DNA from: Felis catus
Lineage: Eukaryota
DNA length: 64,000 nucleotides
Direction: 5' to 3'
Assembly: GCF_018350175.1 (NCBI RefSeq)
Contig: NC_058368.1
Location: 94,428,001-94,492,000 of the forward strand
The notes beneath the pieces were generated by a model. The model did no database searches, was not told the DNA's origin, and saw nothing but the letters and a program-made list of their open reading frames with translations. A program made the translations under genes and the position numbers. Shown one piece after another: positions 1 through 14,439 of this stretch; the first letter of the stretch is position 1; each line of letters begins with the position of its first letter.

Positions 1-180
1 AGTCATTTGGATTAGGGGTCCACCTACTCCAGTACGATGTCCTCTTAATACATCCACAGTGATCCTATTCCAAATAAGGTCACATTCTGAGGTTCTGAGT
101 TAGGATTTCAACATATGACCCATCCTCCCCAAATTGATGTGTTGAACTTCTACCCATAACATACAATTTTACCCATAACA
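1..180 (-). mobile_element. MaLR MLT1 LTR fragment
   Basis: GGATTAGGGGTCCACC...CCAAATAAGGTCACATTCTGAGG...CCCATAACA. Confidence 0.8.
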
Positions 181-1942
181 TCATCTACCAACTTGGGCAA
201 ACAGGAGGTCTCCAGGATTCACTCCAGCCCCTCATCGATTCTGATTTGTCCATTCGTGTGATGTAGCACTTGGGAAATACTTTAAATATTACGTTACTCC
301 CATAAAGTTCATTCAGTGCTAATTGGTTGACTGAATTCCCAAGGTATATATAAAGATTTGTATATTAGTGATTCTGAGCCAGCTGCATGCTTAGAGTTCC
401 ACCTTTATGTTTTACAAGCTGGTGAATCAGGAGGCACCAAATGCATCTACCTAGCTCCCCTCCCCTGGTGTCTAAGGAAAACCAGACCCTCAGAAGCTAT
501 TGGCAGCATGCTGAAGGAGGTTCTTAGAGGCTAGAGGCCTTTGACATCCAGCCATGAAGGTCTCTGAATTCGTGATCTGTTGGGATGAGCCAAGGTGGAA
601 TGAAGGTGTCTTTCAATGATAGGAGGAAGTCCTTCAAGGGACTGAAGAACTTTCTTGCAGAACAGAGGAGTCCTTGGTAACCTCGAGCAAACTGAGGATC
701 TCAACTACAGAGCCATGCATAGGGTTCTCATTTCCTCCCATGCACTTTTTCTTCTCCTGTTTGTCAAGGGATTTCCAGCAATGGCCACATTTCAACTAAT
801 TGTCACAAAGCATGGCTCGGATGTGTTTCAGCTTTCTTCTCTCCCTCCAGGACAGAATAACAGTTCCAGTGTTTGAATATCACTTCACAACTTTAACACT
901 CACCACCGCCACCCCCTCCTGCCTGTTGGGGGGAAATTTTCCTTTCAAAATAAGGTTGGATCTAGGCCACATGGCGGATAGAACACCATCTACCCTTTGG
1001 GGTGGGGAGTGCAGGGCATAAGACGGAGGCGCCCTTGGGCATTTCAGTCAGGGACTTGAGCAATTCTTTAGGCCATTAGTTTTCAATGGTCTCCTTTTCA
1101 AGTTCAACAACAGCAGCTTCCTTCTTTTTTTCAAAATCCATTTTGAATAAAGAGTGCTATGCCATAAAATAAACAACTTTAAAAATTTCTGATACAGGAA
1201 AACACTCTCCTTCTCAGAGCCGAGAACTCTGCAGTTCCAAGGAGTTTGGGCCTTACTTGGACACCCACAGTTGTCTCCCCATGGCAAGGACAGCCTGGAT
1301 TCAAGTGGCCTCTTTCTCAGCCCCAGGCTCTTGCTCCTGCCCACCCCCCCCCCCACAACCCTGCCACCTTCAAATGAAGCTGGCCCTCCTCTTGTTTTCT
1401 CTCTCCTGCCCATTGGGAGACAAAATGTACTTTCAAAATAATGTCTCTGACCACAGAATCCTGAAAGGAGCTATGGCCACAGGAGGAGACAGCACGGGGA
1501 GTCCCAAGTCAGGAGACATCTGAGTGTAAACATCTGGACAGCTGTCTCGGGCTCTGCGCAATGGCAGCCTGACGTTTTGACAAGCCCTCTTGATCTCTTA
1601 TTACGCCCTCTGAGCCTCATGCTGAATTCTGTGGTGAGGCTTCTGTTTCTGTCATGTTGGAGGCTTGGAGGAGAGAGCAGAAGGAGACAAAGAGATCACA
1701 GAGCTTATGGCTGCTGTAGCTTTAGGCCATTCTAATGAATGGTGCCACCCTTCTCTTGGGTCCCAGCTCATCACTAGAGTATGGGTTCCTCACCTTCTGG
1801 CTGAGGGTAGCTGCAGGTTCTAACCAACCCCCATTGTCCCGGTGCATCAACACCCCATAGTATCTGGGAGCAGCCTGGAGGTATTTGGTAGTGTAACAAT
1901 CTTGGACACCGAAAGGCTGATGATCCTGCTCTTTTTTCCAAC

Positions 1943-2386
1943 AGTGAGACTGTGAAAGGTGATATAAAATGGAGTCGCTCATGCTGGGGTGGGGTGGGGG
2001 TTTAAAATGGAGCCAGGAGGCTACTAAGGAGTTGGGCCTTCCATATGTCCTCACCAGGTGGAACCATGAAGTTTTGAACTAGGCCAAACCACAAATACTC
2101 CAAGAACTCTGAAGACTTGCAAGTTGCTACAGTAACAGGCCTTTGCGTAGAGAGAGCCTTAGCAACCAGTTCTGTTTAGCTCTGATTTGTTTTCTTCTGC
2201 CAACACCCATCAAAATGTTTTGTAAACAACTTAAAATTTTTTTGTCTTTAAGAGCCCCTGATTTTTGCTCCCTAGTGGGATATTGTCTGGGTTGCTGCCC
2301 AAATCTGTGGACGCTGAATTGCAATTCTCTGATCACAAATAAACACTTCTGCTTAATCTTTGCCTCCTGACAATTTTTGGTTGACA
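1943..2386 (+). mobile_element. Solo ERV1-type LTR
   Basis: About 440 bp, AATAAA near 2338, ends ...TTGGTTGACA. Interrupts older ERV-like sequence. Confidence 0.65.
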
Positions 2387-3316
2387 GAACCCTAGAGCTA
2401 TTCCAACATCAGCTACTCCAGCACTTCTGCCTTTAGGTGGAAAGGCTCTCCATGACTTAAAGAGGGAGAAGCAGACACACTTAATCTCTAGCTGGTGATT
2501 CAGCTACATTATTGTGTATGTAGGTGCAAATCAACTGCTGAACTATGAATGATGCTTGACAATAAGCCCATTGCTAAGAAGCTCCATTGGGCGCATCACA
2601 TTGGTCTGGTAATATTTGGAATTGTAAACTGTACTGCTTGGTATAATAGACTTCAGTTTTCATTTGGCCCAGTCCACCATAGCTGCAAAGAATTCCTCAG
2701 GAAGGCACATCTGGAAGTGCTCTTGTAGGTGTGTTGGAGGCTGGATGTCTGACTGACATGGGAGCAATCCAATGGGAGCAATACCTCTCTATTGGACACC
2801 AGATACCAGAAAAAAGTTGGGGACATAGAAACGTTTTTGATCTCTATCTTCTTGAGTTCCTCACCTTCAAAGAAGAAACACAGGCATGCTTAGTAGTTCC
2901 AGCCTTCTGACTTGGGAAGAAAATGATATAAGTACTTTCCTGAATTTTTAATTGTTTGGTCATAGTGAAAGGCAAGGTTTTAAGGCAAATTTGCATTCAT
3001 TAAACCTCTGACTACAAGGCGGAGTAGGGAAGGGGCAAGTTCAGAATCTAAATGTTCCCCATATGGGACTTGCTTTCTATACAGCAACAGTCCTGAGGTC
3101 TTGGACTATCCATAGCTATTCTTGCACATGCCTGGATGTTTTACTGCATGGGAAAATTTGGTCCTGACACATTTTGTCCTAAACTAAGAAATAAAGCTTC
3201 TTATGTGGGTTCTTTAAGAGGCAGGAGGTTATGTGCTATGGCTTTATTAAAGAGTGCAATCAAAGGAGTCGGGGAAAGAGCGGAGATGGGGAGTTGGGAG
3301 AGCCAACGTGTCTTTT

Positions 3317-3540
3317 TTTTTTTTTTTAATTTTTTTTAACGTTTATTTATTTTTGAGACAGAGAGAGACAGAGCATGAGCAGGGGAAGGTCAGAGAGAGA
3401 GGGAGACACAGAATCCGAAACGTGTTCCAGGCTCTGAGCTGCCAGCACAGAGCCCGACGCGGGGCTCGAACTCACGGACCGTGAGATCATGACCTGAGCT
3501 GAAGTCCGCCGCTTAACCGACTGAGCCACCCAGGCGCCCC
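3317..3540 (-). mobile_element. Young CanSINE (SINEC_Fc)
   Basis: Full-length and CpG-rich. Perfect TSD GCCAACGTGTCTTTT at 3302-3316 and 3541-3555. Confidence 0.97.
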
Positions 3541-3926
3541 GCCAACGTGTCTTTTGAGAGAAGGGCAGAAGAATTTATATTTGGGCTGTCAAATAAGATC
3601 TTGCCCACCTCTGTCCCCATTCTGGATTGTATAAGTTGTGGGCACTGAGTGGTCCCATGCCTCACCAACCTTGAGGAAGTTGAGGCCCAGGTCAAGGGGA
3701 TCATGTTGCAAGAGGTGAGGACTGTCAGGCTGTTGGAGGCTCCATGGAGCTGGTTGTTGCAGAGGAGGTTGGATGGGAACAAGTGACCCCTGACTCCAGT
3801 GTCTTCTAGGCTCAAGAGCAAGAGTGGGATTTGACCTTACACCACAGGTGGCTCTGTGTCCCATTCACATGTTTGCATCTTCTCATCTCTTTACCCTCCT
3901 CCTTGGTTTGGACTAACCCATCAGCA

Positions 3927-4318
3927 TGGTAGACACTGATGTGCATGATGGAGAGATCCTTCTTCAAGGCAGGATTTGCTTACCAGCCTTGGGAAGTGCA
4001 ATCAGCAGACAGCCTCCAGCTTCTTGTTTAGGCTCTGCCTCTATTGCAGAGTTTCTTTGCCTGAGGTCACTCCCAGCCTGGGGCAGTCTGCATTTGGTGA
4101 CTGAACATGGGCTGGCCATTTATTTCAAGGAGATAAAGTCCCACACATTTGTCTTGGGTCAGCTCCAGAGGTCCCCTCTGGGTTGGTCTATGTCACGGTT
4201 TGACTTCTCCCTCTGTCAGTCCTTCCATCCTGTCACAGGAGTTGATACCTAATAGAAATCTACCTAATACCCAAAACGACACCTCAGCTTCTGCCCCTGG
4301 AGAACCCACGTTGCCACA
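3927..4318 (+). mobile_element. LTR16-family (ERVL) LTR
   Basis: GAGGTCACTCCC...GGGGCAG...CAGCTCCAGAG...ACTTCTCCCTCTG...GAGAACCC...CCACA. Confidence 0.7.
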
Positions 4319-4412
4319 ACCAGCTGACAATATCAACACTATCACATGCCCACCATGTGTCAAGTATGTTTAATGAATTGGAAAAGTTAAGTCATTCAAG
4401 AATGTACAGTTT

Positions 4413-4625
4413 GGGGCGCCTGGGTGGCGCAGTCGGTTAAGCGTCCGACTTCAGCCAGGTCACGATCTCACGGTCCGTGAGTTCGAGCCCCGCGTTGGGC
4501 TCTGGGCTGATGGCTCGGAGCCTGGAGCCTGTTTCCGATTCTGTGTCTCCCTCTCTCTCTGCCCCTCCCCCGTTCATGCTCTGTCTCTCTCTGTCCCAAA
4601 AATTAAAAAAAAAAAAAAAAAAAAA
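4413..4625 (+). mobile_element. Young feline CanSINE (GTGGCGCAGTC...TCAGCCAGGTCACG variant)
   Basis: A and B boxes, (CT)n, polyA. TSD AAGAATGTACAGTTT at 4398-4412 and 4626-4640. Confidence 0.97.
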
Positions 4626-7600
4626 AAGAATGTACAGTTTGTCTTCTACCTCCCACCTCTGGCCCCCACCAGCCTCAAGGGACCTACGGGCCAGAGAACC
4701 CGGGGACAGACAGCTTTGGAATTCCTGCTACTAAGTGCCTAAAGCAGTGCATTGGAAACATTACCATACATGTGACCTCATGATATATCCAAAGGCTAGG
4801 ACATATAGGTACATTTATGTTCACTATTTGGTGGCTGTAGATGACCTGAACCCTTGTATTTGGTCTCTAGGTTACTTACCACTGTCCTGGTTTTCATATT
4901 TATTAGTCCATGGGGAAGGCAGAGAGCCCTGTATCCTTCTTTTCTGCTTCTCCCCCACCCCTGGTCTTCTAGGGTGGTCCCATCTAGCATCACAATAGCA
5001 TTCTGTTTGCTCATGTCATATACTATGGGGTGACATCATAGGGGGCATGCCCTGTGCAGCATTACAGCCTCCATTATTCCATGAATGAGACTCACAGAGC
5101 ATGTAGTGTGTACTTATGTGGTCTCACACCTATGCGCTCCAGCACACCCTCCAGACAAGGCTCATCCCTCTTTCCATCAAGTTGTACCTGGAATCTCTTT
5201 GGCAGTCTTCTCTCCCAGTGAAAATAATGTATACTTCTTTTTTTTTTTTCAGTTCTTTTTTAATGTTTATTTATTTTTAAAAGAGAGACAGAGTGTGAGC
5301 GGGGAGGGGCAGAGAGATATAAGGAGACACAGAATCTGAAGCAGGTTTAAGGCTCTGAACCTGACAGCAGAGAGCCTGATGTGGAGCTCGAACTCATGGA
5401 CAGCGAGATCATGCCTTGAGCCAAAGTCGGAGCTTAACTGACTGAGCCACCCAGGCGCCCCAAAATATACTTGTTTAGAGAGAAATGGAAAAGGTAATTG
5501 AGAACTGAACATCTGTTGGAACCATCTTCTCTCAAATTCCATGTTATTTGATCCAGACATAGCGTAATGATGCATGGTCACTGACAGGAAGCTCCGTTTG
5601 CTCCATGCTATAGTTCAGGTCTGATGTAGTATGTCTACTCTCAGTATTGGAAATTCTTTCCATGTCCTGTCCTAACCACTGATTCATTTTGTGGAGCTGG
5701 GAATTATTGGGAGATTGCCAACTTAACTCAGTGAATTAACAAAAAACTAGGTTAAAGAGATCCAGAGGAAGTCAAAGGACAGGCACAGGTCAGGTAGGTG
5801 CTTGTGGCAGAAACAGCTGGAGGTCACCAACTATCCATGACTTCCTAGATTTCCCGGTGTCCCTTGCAGTTGAGGCATGTGTCTAGGCCTGGCCAACAGC
5901 CCAGCAGAAGTCATGCATGGCATTTTTATGCTGAGGCGTTTAACAGCTGGTGTGCCTCCACTGTAATCTCTTTCTCCTACTCCAGTGAACTTGGAGAACA
6001 TAGCTTCCAAGCAGTGAAGCAATGAAATGGATAAAGACCACTTAAGCCACAATAGGCCTCTTTTCTCTCCCTGTAATCTTTGGTTCCTAGAGCCTCCCCA
6101 GGCTTTCTCTTCTCCCTGCCCTCCTGCCCCCATTCCTCAAATTACATCTTTCCCTGGTAAGGAGGCTAGGAGTAGCACTTGACAGAGACATGCGTGTGAG
6201 TAATATGAAGCTCAGGGTCATGCTGTGGAATTTGTCTATGAGACAATAATTTCCTGTTCTCCAGTGTCGCCTGTGTCTCTGTGGGGCCCGTGATGGCACA
6301 AGAGGAAACCCATCATGCTTTTCTTATTGCTAATTCTACAACTAGTCCTTGAACTAGGAATCATGTAACTTTAATTTTTCTCCAGGAGAATGCCCATGTA
6401 GTTGGATTTTGTACCATACTCAGTATTGGTTCTCTGTTATCTCTAATTAATGATAGAAAATATTCACATTTCAACGATTTTCAGGACCGTTTATTTACTC
6501 TTTTTTTTAAGCTAACCAAATTTTATTTCCATTTCGTGTTATTTATTACAACTGAGAAAATACTCAGTCCTTCTAAATCAAGATCAAAGTAAACATATAA
6601 TAAAACACTGTATTATATAGGCCTTGTCAAGAAAGTTTTTGCTTAATCCACTGACTCTGAAAAATTAACTTTCCTTACTCTTTTACTTGTATCCCAGATT
6701 GAGATTTTGCCACAACGTGGCAGAAGTAGAGACCTTTTCCTAGACATTTGAACAAATAAAAGCCTGTGGGCCAGCCACAGATTTTGTTTTAAATAAAAAA
6801 TGGATCTAAGTCTGTGCTCTGTTTTCAACAGTGAGTTCCTTCATGGCTCCTTATGTGTTCTTCTGGCTGTTACTGCCATTGCTGACTTCACAAACAGGAC
6901 ATCAGGATTCCAAGGACACTGTGTCTTCTGGACCTGTCAGGAGACTCTGCCCTGGCCTGCCATCCTGATGGCATCCCTACCAATTATTGTCCTGTTTTCT
7001 CATTCACTCCCTGTCCTCCTTTCCCAGATGTTCACGTATTAATTCTTACCAGATCCTTGCTATTACTGCTCTTTGGGGCCCTTTCAGAATAAGGAGTGGG
7101 CAAGTTTACAATTTAAACCTTATGAGTTTGCATTTTCAAGTTTTGAACTTAAACCTTTTGGTGATTACTCTTGTCCAAATCAGCTTCCTGCCCTCGTGAA
7201 AAAAAAAAAATTGTCTCCAAAAACATTTGACATCTAGTAGCTATTGCAGAAGAACATATTGTTGGTGATTTAAGTGTAAAGGAACCAGAAACATATGGAT
7301 TACATTTCCTTTTAAATGAACATGGTCTTCAAAATGAAGAGAGTCAATGAATTATTTGGCAACATCCGGTTTAGAGGTGGTCAATATTAAAGTATGTGAA
7401 AGGTAAGTCAGAGCACGAGGCCTGCTTCCAGGATTTCCCATCCTTGAGTGGCAGGGAGCTGCTCTTCTTGGTTCCGTTGAGGCCACTCCCCAGCTGTGAG
7501 GCCTGTGGTGCAACACAACCACTGGCCTGGGTTGAGAGACCACTACTGTCCAAAAACATTACTTAGTGATGGTTCACCGCTCAAATGCATTTAACTAACA

Positions 7601-8869
7601 CTCATAAATAAATGGCTCATAAATACAAGACATAGCACTAATGGGGGTTTTATACACTTGAAGCCATCGCAATATATTAGTTATGAGTCCAGTCTTTGTA
7701 AACAGAACAGTCTGGTTTCAGATCCTAGGTAAGTGACCTTGGGCAAATCCCTGTGCTTTTCTGGGTCTATGTCCTCATCCGTATGAGCATTAAATAAGAC
7801 AATGAACATAAAATGCCAGGTTCAGACCCTAAAAGATTCATTAATATGCAGATTTATTTGACTTCTCAGGATGGAGAAGAATGCGTTTTTGTCACTGCAG
7901 CAGGAAGAATGATTACAGCCTTTCTTGTATCAGACCCAATCTGACCCAGGTATGTGTTTCCAAGTTTTGCCCAATGTGTAGAGATTGGTCAGAGATCTGA
8001 TTAAATATTCATCTCTGAACTGTCTTTGTATTTCATATGTTTGGTATATTAGCGAAAATGAGAAATCTAATTTGAAATTTGAAATTACTGTACGAATTAT
8101 TGAATAGCTTTCAAGTGCAGAACAGTGAGCTAGCTAGGGTGGGGAATACAGATGTGGGGATAAGTTAGCCAAGACCTGTAATCGACAGAATTCAAGAAAG
8201 TACTGTAATAGCAAGCAACCTTATATTATGGATACCCTGCGAATGCAAATCTGTCTTCTACTTCTAAACCTGTGTGGGGTTGGCAGCCTTTTTGGAATCG
8301 GGTCCCGCTGTATTCCTGAGTCATTCTGAAAGAAGCCCAGGTCCCCGGGAAGAGGGACCGTACATAGCTGGAACAAGAGCATTCTCACATCCTTTTTTTT
8401 TTCTTGGTTACATTAATAACCTACGTGGCTCTTTCAACAGCCACTGCAGACTTGACATGTGTAACAGGCAATGCACTTGTTTAGGCTTCCCAACCAGCTT
8501 CCTTCTACTGTCTTCCTTCTCTTGGTTGTTATGCTACCCTCTCCCGTTGAACCAAGTAGGTTGCCTTGGAACTATCTTGGACCCAGTCTTCTACTTCATC
8601 TCCCATTCTACTAAATCACCACATCCTGTCGACTTTTTAAAAACACACTTTTGGGGCGCCTGGGTGGCTCAGTCGGTTAGGTGGCCAACTTCAGCTCAGG
8701 TCATGATCTCGTGGTCCGTGAGTTCGAGCCCCGCGTCGGGCTCTGTGCTGACAGTTCAGAGCCTGGAGCCTGTTTCAGATTCTGTGTCTCCCTCTCTCTG
8801 GCCCTCCCCCGTTCATGCTCTGTCTCTGTCTCAAAAATAAATAAACGTTAAAAAAAATTATTAAAAACA

Positions 8870-9585
8870 CACTTTAATTGACATATAATTCACATTGTAC
8901 ACTTTGTCCATTCCAGGGGTACAATTCACTGGTTTCTAGGATAGTCACAGATATGTGCAGCTATCATCAGAGTCAATTTTAGAACATTTTCATCACCTCC
9001 AAAACAAATTTTGTCCCCTTTGGCTGTCACCCCTGTGCCCTCCCATTGTCCACCCCTGATGCCAGCCCTCAGCAACCTCTGCTTTACATTGTGGCTCCAT
9101 AGATTTGCCTGTTCTGGAATTCCACGTGAATAAAAATCTTGCAAGATGTTTTTTTTGGTGACTGGCTTCTTTCACGTAGCCTAATGTTTTCAAGATTCAT
9201 CCATGCTGTTGCCTACATCGGTATATCACTCCTCTCAATGGCCAAATATTTAATTATACTGACATATCACATTTTGTTTCTCCATTCATGGACCTCTGGT
9301 GCATTTCCACTTTTTGGCTGTGATAGATAATGCTGCTACCTTTGTGTCCAAGTTTTTCGTGTGAACATACATTTTCCTTTCTCTTTGGCATATTCCTGGG
9401 AGTAGGATTTCTGGGTCGTGGTAATTCTAAGCTTAATCCTTTGGAGGAACTGCCAGACTGGTTTCCAAAGTGGCTGCACCATTTGCCATTCCTACCAGCA
9501 GCATACAGGGTTTCAACTTCTCCACATTCTCTCCCACAGTTGTTATTGCCTCCCATTTTGATTCTAGCTATCTTGTCGACTTGAG
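8870..9585 (-). mobile_element. Old L1M 3' fragment
   Basis: L1M 3'UTR and ORF2 C-terminal motifs (CGRECGEVETLYAAGRNGKW on the minus strand). Confidence 0.8.
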
Positions 9586-12469
9586 AAAAATCCTTTATCT
9601 CTGAAAAAAAAAAAAAAAAGCAACATCTCCCTTACCTAGAACTTTTTGTCTTTTTCCAGCACTGCCACCCTGTTTTAGCACTTCATCACCCCATACAGAG
9701 TTCTGGAGTCTAGGCCTTTTTTTTTTTTTTTTTTTTTTTAATTTCTCCCCTTTCCAAATCACACTGCCCACTGCTGCCAAACTCTATGAGGTGTGCAAAA
9801 CTATGAAACAGGAAATGTGCATTCTTCTCTGCTTCATCTTCCTCAGATCCCATCAGTGACTTCTCTGTTTCTTTTTTTTTTTTAACATTTATTTATTTTT
9901 TAGAGACAGAGAGAGCATGATGAGCAGGGGAGAGGCAGAGAGAGAGGGAGACACAGAATCTGAAGCAGGCTCCAGGCTCCGAGGCATCAGCACAGAGCCT
10001 GACGCTGGGCTCGAACTCACGAACCACAAGATCATGACCTAAGCCGAAGTCGGACGCTTAACCGACTGAGCCACCCAGGCGCCCCGTTGGCTTCTCTGTT
10101 TCTATTACACTACCTCTGAACTCCTCTCCTGGCTTTTCAGGGAGCCCCGGAAAATCCAGCCTCTTCCCATCTGCCTCACCACAATCCTTCTCCTCCCTGA
10201 CCAGATATTCAGGCAGCCCTGACCCTGCCATCAGAACTGCTGCTGCTGCTTGGTTGTGGCCCATTGTCTTCAGACTCTTTACTGTGAATGGCCCTTCTTC
10301 TCTTTCCCTGGACCAACAAACACCAGAGCTTCCAAGACTTCTCAGACTCTTTATCCCTTCCTTCCTCTGTCCACAAAGTGGGTGTGGCCAGTCATGTGTC
10401 CAAGATGTCTGCCAATCTTGTACTTTCTGCCTGGAATGCAAATCTGGGCCAAGTGATATTAGGATTGAAAAGCAGTGATAGTGGTTTCCTCCAAAGACTC
10501 TTCATTTTTTCCTATTATTCTGATCCCTGATTTGACCTTGAACTCCTGTTTCTTCCATGACCTGATTCTTTAACTCTTTTCTTGAATCTGTAAGCTGTTC
10601 CCTTAAATTACCAATACATTCTTTTGTATTTGTTTATGTGTCTGTATTAGCGAAAGTCAGCCTTTACTGATTAACCTTGATCATCCTAACAGCACGACGA
10701 TACTATTATGAATGATTCAGGCACTGTGCAAAACTTTCCACCTAGATTATTTCAATTCATCTTTGTGGTCACCCTGTGAAGTAAGTAGCATTTTCTTTCC
10801 CCTTTATGCATGAGGAAACTGTATCTCTGAGGAGGCAAGAATGTGTCCCGGGTGACACAGCTGATTAATGGAGACACAAGGTTGATGCTAGGTTCCTGAG
10901 TATGTGCCCTTAGCTAATATGCAGCTAGGCCTCCCTGGCATCTGTCTGGCAGCCAGTGAGGGCTCTTCTCCCCTGGATGCCTTGTACACTCTTTGGTAAT
11001 GAGGATAGGTCACGTTTCTCTCATGGCACTTAATCACATTCTGCTTGTCTTATAACTCTTTGTGTACATGCTTAAACCTCCATAGCCCAAAATCTAGTAC
11101 ATATAAAAAGTAACCAATAAATATTTATGTGTAGGTAAGGAAATGTACAGTTGCTTCTAAAGAAGACCAAATGAAATTTTTAATTCTTTTAAATATTGTT
11201 TTAATGTTTGTTTATTTATTTTGAAAGAATGAGAGACAGAGAGAAAGAATCCCAAGCAGGCTCCACGATCAGCATGGAGTCCAAATCGGGGCTTGATCTC
11301 ACAACCGTGAGATACTGACCTGAGTCAGAATCGAGAGTTGGACACTTAGCTGACTTAGCCACCCAGGCATCCCAAAATTCTCAATCGTAATTGAAGAAAT
11401 GATCCATTCTATCAGCCCAATAGAGGGACCTCACCCTGGCAAGATGGCAGCAGCTACCCTTTTCCCATGAACACATTTATAATTTCTTCTTTACAAAGCC
11501 TGTCATGTTATTACAAACTACTGATCTCCTTTCCAGTGCTTTACACGCAAACCTTTAATAGTAGATTGTGGTTTCGGTCACCAAGGTTACTTTAATTAAA
11601 TTCAGTAGTTAGTCAATACTTGGTGGAAAAATTTCTCCCAAGTTATATCATTGGCCAGTGGAGCAAACTGCTTTTTGCCAGGGTCTCTTTGCTGATATAT
11701 TTTCTCCTTTGTGTTCTTTTAACTTTTTTTTTTTCTTTTCATCTTGCTTCTCTAAGACTTTCATTATGGCACAGCTGAACCAGTTGTCTGTCTCCTTGTA
11801 ATCTTGACATTACGTCTGGGAAGGAATTTGAGAAGAAACAGTTTCCCAAGTAGTGGCTATCGGTAAGGGTGAGGACAGAGGGAGGGGAGCAGCCCTGATG
11901 GGGTGGACTGATGCCAGAATGGCTGGCTGGTCCTGAGTAGAATTAAGCAGGGTGGCACAGGCCAGCGCAAATGACGTCAGTAATAACATTGTCATGTTCC
12001 CACAGACTATATGAGTTGCCCAGTTGAGGCAAGTTTTTGAAACTTTCACAGAAAAGATGCAAAATCTAAATTTCCCTTTTAAATATCCCCAGCCACTACA
12101 ATTTACTCTGCAGGTTGTGCTGGTTCAGAATTTGTATTCTGAAACATTTGTATGTTCCATGTCCCCTTTAGTAACATAGCGTGCTTTAAGCTGCCCCTGT
12201 CCGATTAACGATGTGATAGAACACCTTGTGAAACTCTGCAGATATGAGGACAGTTACAGAAGATCAGTATGGAGAAGGAAAGAACTGAGGATTAGCAGGG
12301 AGTTTGCCTCATTTCAAAAAGTGAATATATTCTATACACTACTTATATTTCATTTTATTCTATACATTGTTTATATTTCATTTAAATGTTCCTCCCCAAC
12401 ATTAATAAATAAGCAGAATGGCTCTTAAAACAGCCATGCCGTATGATGGACATATCACGGGCCCACAGA

Positions 12470-12670
12470 ACCTAGATTTAAACCTGGGCTCTTCCATTTC
12501 TCTGCTCTGTGTTCTTGAGCAAATGGCTGAAGCTCGCCGAGCCTGGGTTTCCATGTTTGTACAATGGAGATAAAAACAACTGCTTGCAGGGCCTTAAGGA
12601 GTAGGTGAGATGTGTGTGTATAAAGTACTTGCTCCCATGAGTGGCTCATAGGAGTCGCTCAACATATGCT
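12470..12670 (+). mobile_element. MIR fragment (others at ~7700-7830, ~10700-10930, ~14040-14150, ~51760-51930, ~63550-63695)
   Basis: MIR core GGTTTCCATGTTTGTACAATGGAGATAA...GTGAGATGTGTGTGTATAAAGTACTT. Confidence 0.65.
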
Positions 12671-13268
12671 AGCAATAGATGTGGCCTCCTACCACCAGTG
12701 TGCTGCCGAATCGCCAGCCTCTTCATCACGATAGCTGAAACGAACGTGATGGAGTTACTCTGTCCCATTCACAAAGAGAGTGCAAGAAGTTAAAAGAATC
12801 AGTAGAAAGGCTTCTACAACAAAGAACATTTTTCTTTTAAGATGGTATAGTTCTCTCATGTACAGTGTTCCCGGCACTGCAAAAGTACCTGAGCGTCTCT
12901 TTTGTAAGATTGGAGGTAGCTGCAACCTTCAAATAGAGCTGCAGACTAAGTTAAGTACCTCAAGGCGAATGGAGGCTGCCCAGTTTGTAAGTACATTATG
13001 ACCTCGATACAGTTCTAACAATGTTAATGCTTGCTAACTCAAGCCTGTCTGAGCACTCAGGAAAGCCAAGTTGAATCCCAGAAAGAAAAAAGAATGTTTG
13101 AAGCAATGGTGAATTTATATTGTGCTGAAAGAAAGTGTCAGGGTAGAATGAACCTCACTATCTACACCACAGAGCTTTAATAACCTGCAATAGAAATCAA
13201 CAATCAGCCTTAAAATGAGTTATAAAGCTGCTGAATAAAAGCTGGAAAATTGGTTACATACCCATAAC

Positions 13269-13325
13269 CAAAACAAAACAAAACAAAACAAAACAAAAAA
13301 ACAAAAAAACAAAAAAACAAAAAAA
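13269..13325. repeat. (CAAAA)n A-rich microsatellite
   Basis: Direct read. Confidence 0.9.
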
Positions 13326-14439
13326 CACAAGAATCATAGACCTTTGATTTTTATCTGGAAAGACAGATTTTATTTGGATTTGAACATTTAAATTATATGC
13401 AATAATTACATCTTCCCCAGCCCCCTAGTTTTGGGAAATGACCCCTGGCCTTAGTAATAACATTTTTGGAAGCTGACTATGCTAGTGGATGTAGCTTCCA
13501 TGAAAATGGAGTTGGAGCAGAGAGGAAAAAGCAGAACTTTAAAGATTGTTCATCAAATTTGCAACTGTCTTTAAACACTAACTTGTAATTTATCACATAG
13601 TTCCAGACAATGAGCCGCTCTGCCTAAACAAACTTTGTATGCAAGAACCAAAACAGTTAAAAAAAAATTTTTTTTAATGTTTATTTATTTTCGAGAGACA
13701 GCAACAGAGAAGGAGCAGGGGAGGGGCAGAGAAAGGGAGACACAGAATCCGAAGCAGGCTCCAGGCTCTGAACTGTCAGCACAGAGCCCGACATGGGGCT
13801 CGAACTCACGAACTGCAAGATCATGACCTGAACCGAAGTTGGATGCTTAACTGACTGAGCCACCTAGGCGCCTCAAAACAGTTTTTTTTTTTTTAACTTA
13901 GCTATTTCTGTGAGGATGTTGGTTACATTTTCAGCCTCCTTAGGCAGAATGCACAGCGTATGACCAAACTTTGTCGACTTTGACCTGGAAGATAAGTATA
14001 GATGGTCTTGATTTTGCATATTTAGAAGGCAGAGCAGTGATCCATCAGGAAAAGCATAGGATCAGGAGATCTAGTTATAATTAATTAGCTATGAAGGCTT
14101 AGACAAATCACTTCATCTGGAATCTCGATGTTCTCATATTTAAAATTAGGGGTTGGGATGCCTGGGTGGCTCAGTTGGTTAAGTGTCCAACTCTTGATTT
14201 CAGCTCAGGTCATGATCTCATGGTCGTGTGATTGAGCCCCATGTCGGGCTCCACACTGAGCGTGGATCCTGCTTAAGATTCTCTCTCTCCCTCTGCCTTT
14301 CTCCCCCACTCGTGCTCTTTCTCTCAAAGAAAATTTTAAAAATAGATTTAAAAAAATTAGGGATTGATTTGTAAGTGTCTTCAAGAATTGAAGTTCTTTA
14401 CTTCCGAGATCAGTTACGGGATTATGCTCTGAAGCCATA

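Larger units (their letters stand above)
200..3850 (-). mobile_element. Highly decayed ERVL/MaLR-class internal region (pro/pol remnants)
   Basis: Weak minus-strand remnants in retroviral order: DTG-like motif near 3800, AIAHNL near 3230, LLLYRKQVPY near 3075, PSQKAG near 2910. Confidence 0.4.

Noticed and set aside
4413..4490. tRNA gene suggested by A and B boxes
   Set aside because: This is the tRNA-derived head of a CanSINE, followed by (CT)n and polyA.
8274..8840. 188-aa ORF
   Set aside because: Non-ATG start, runs into a SINE, no recognisable homology.
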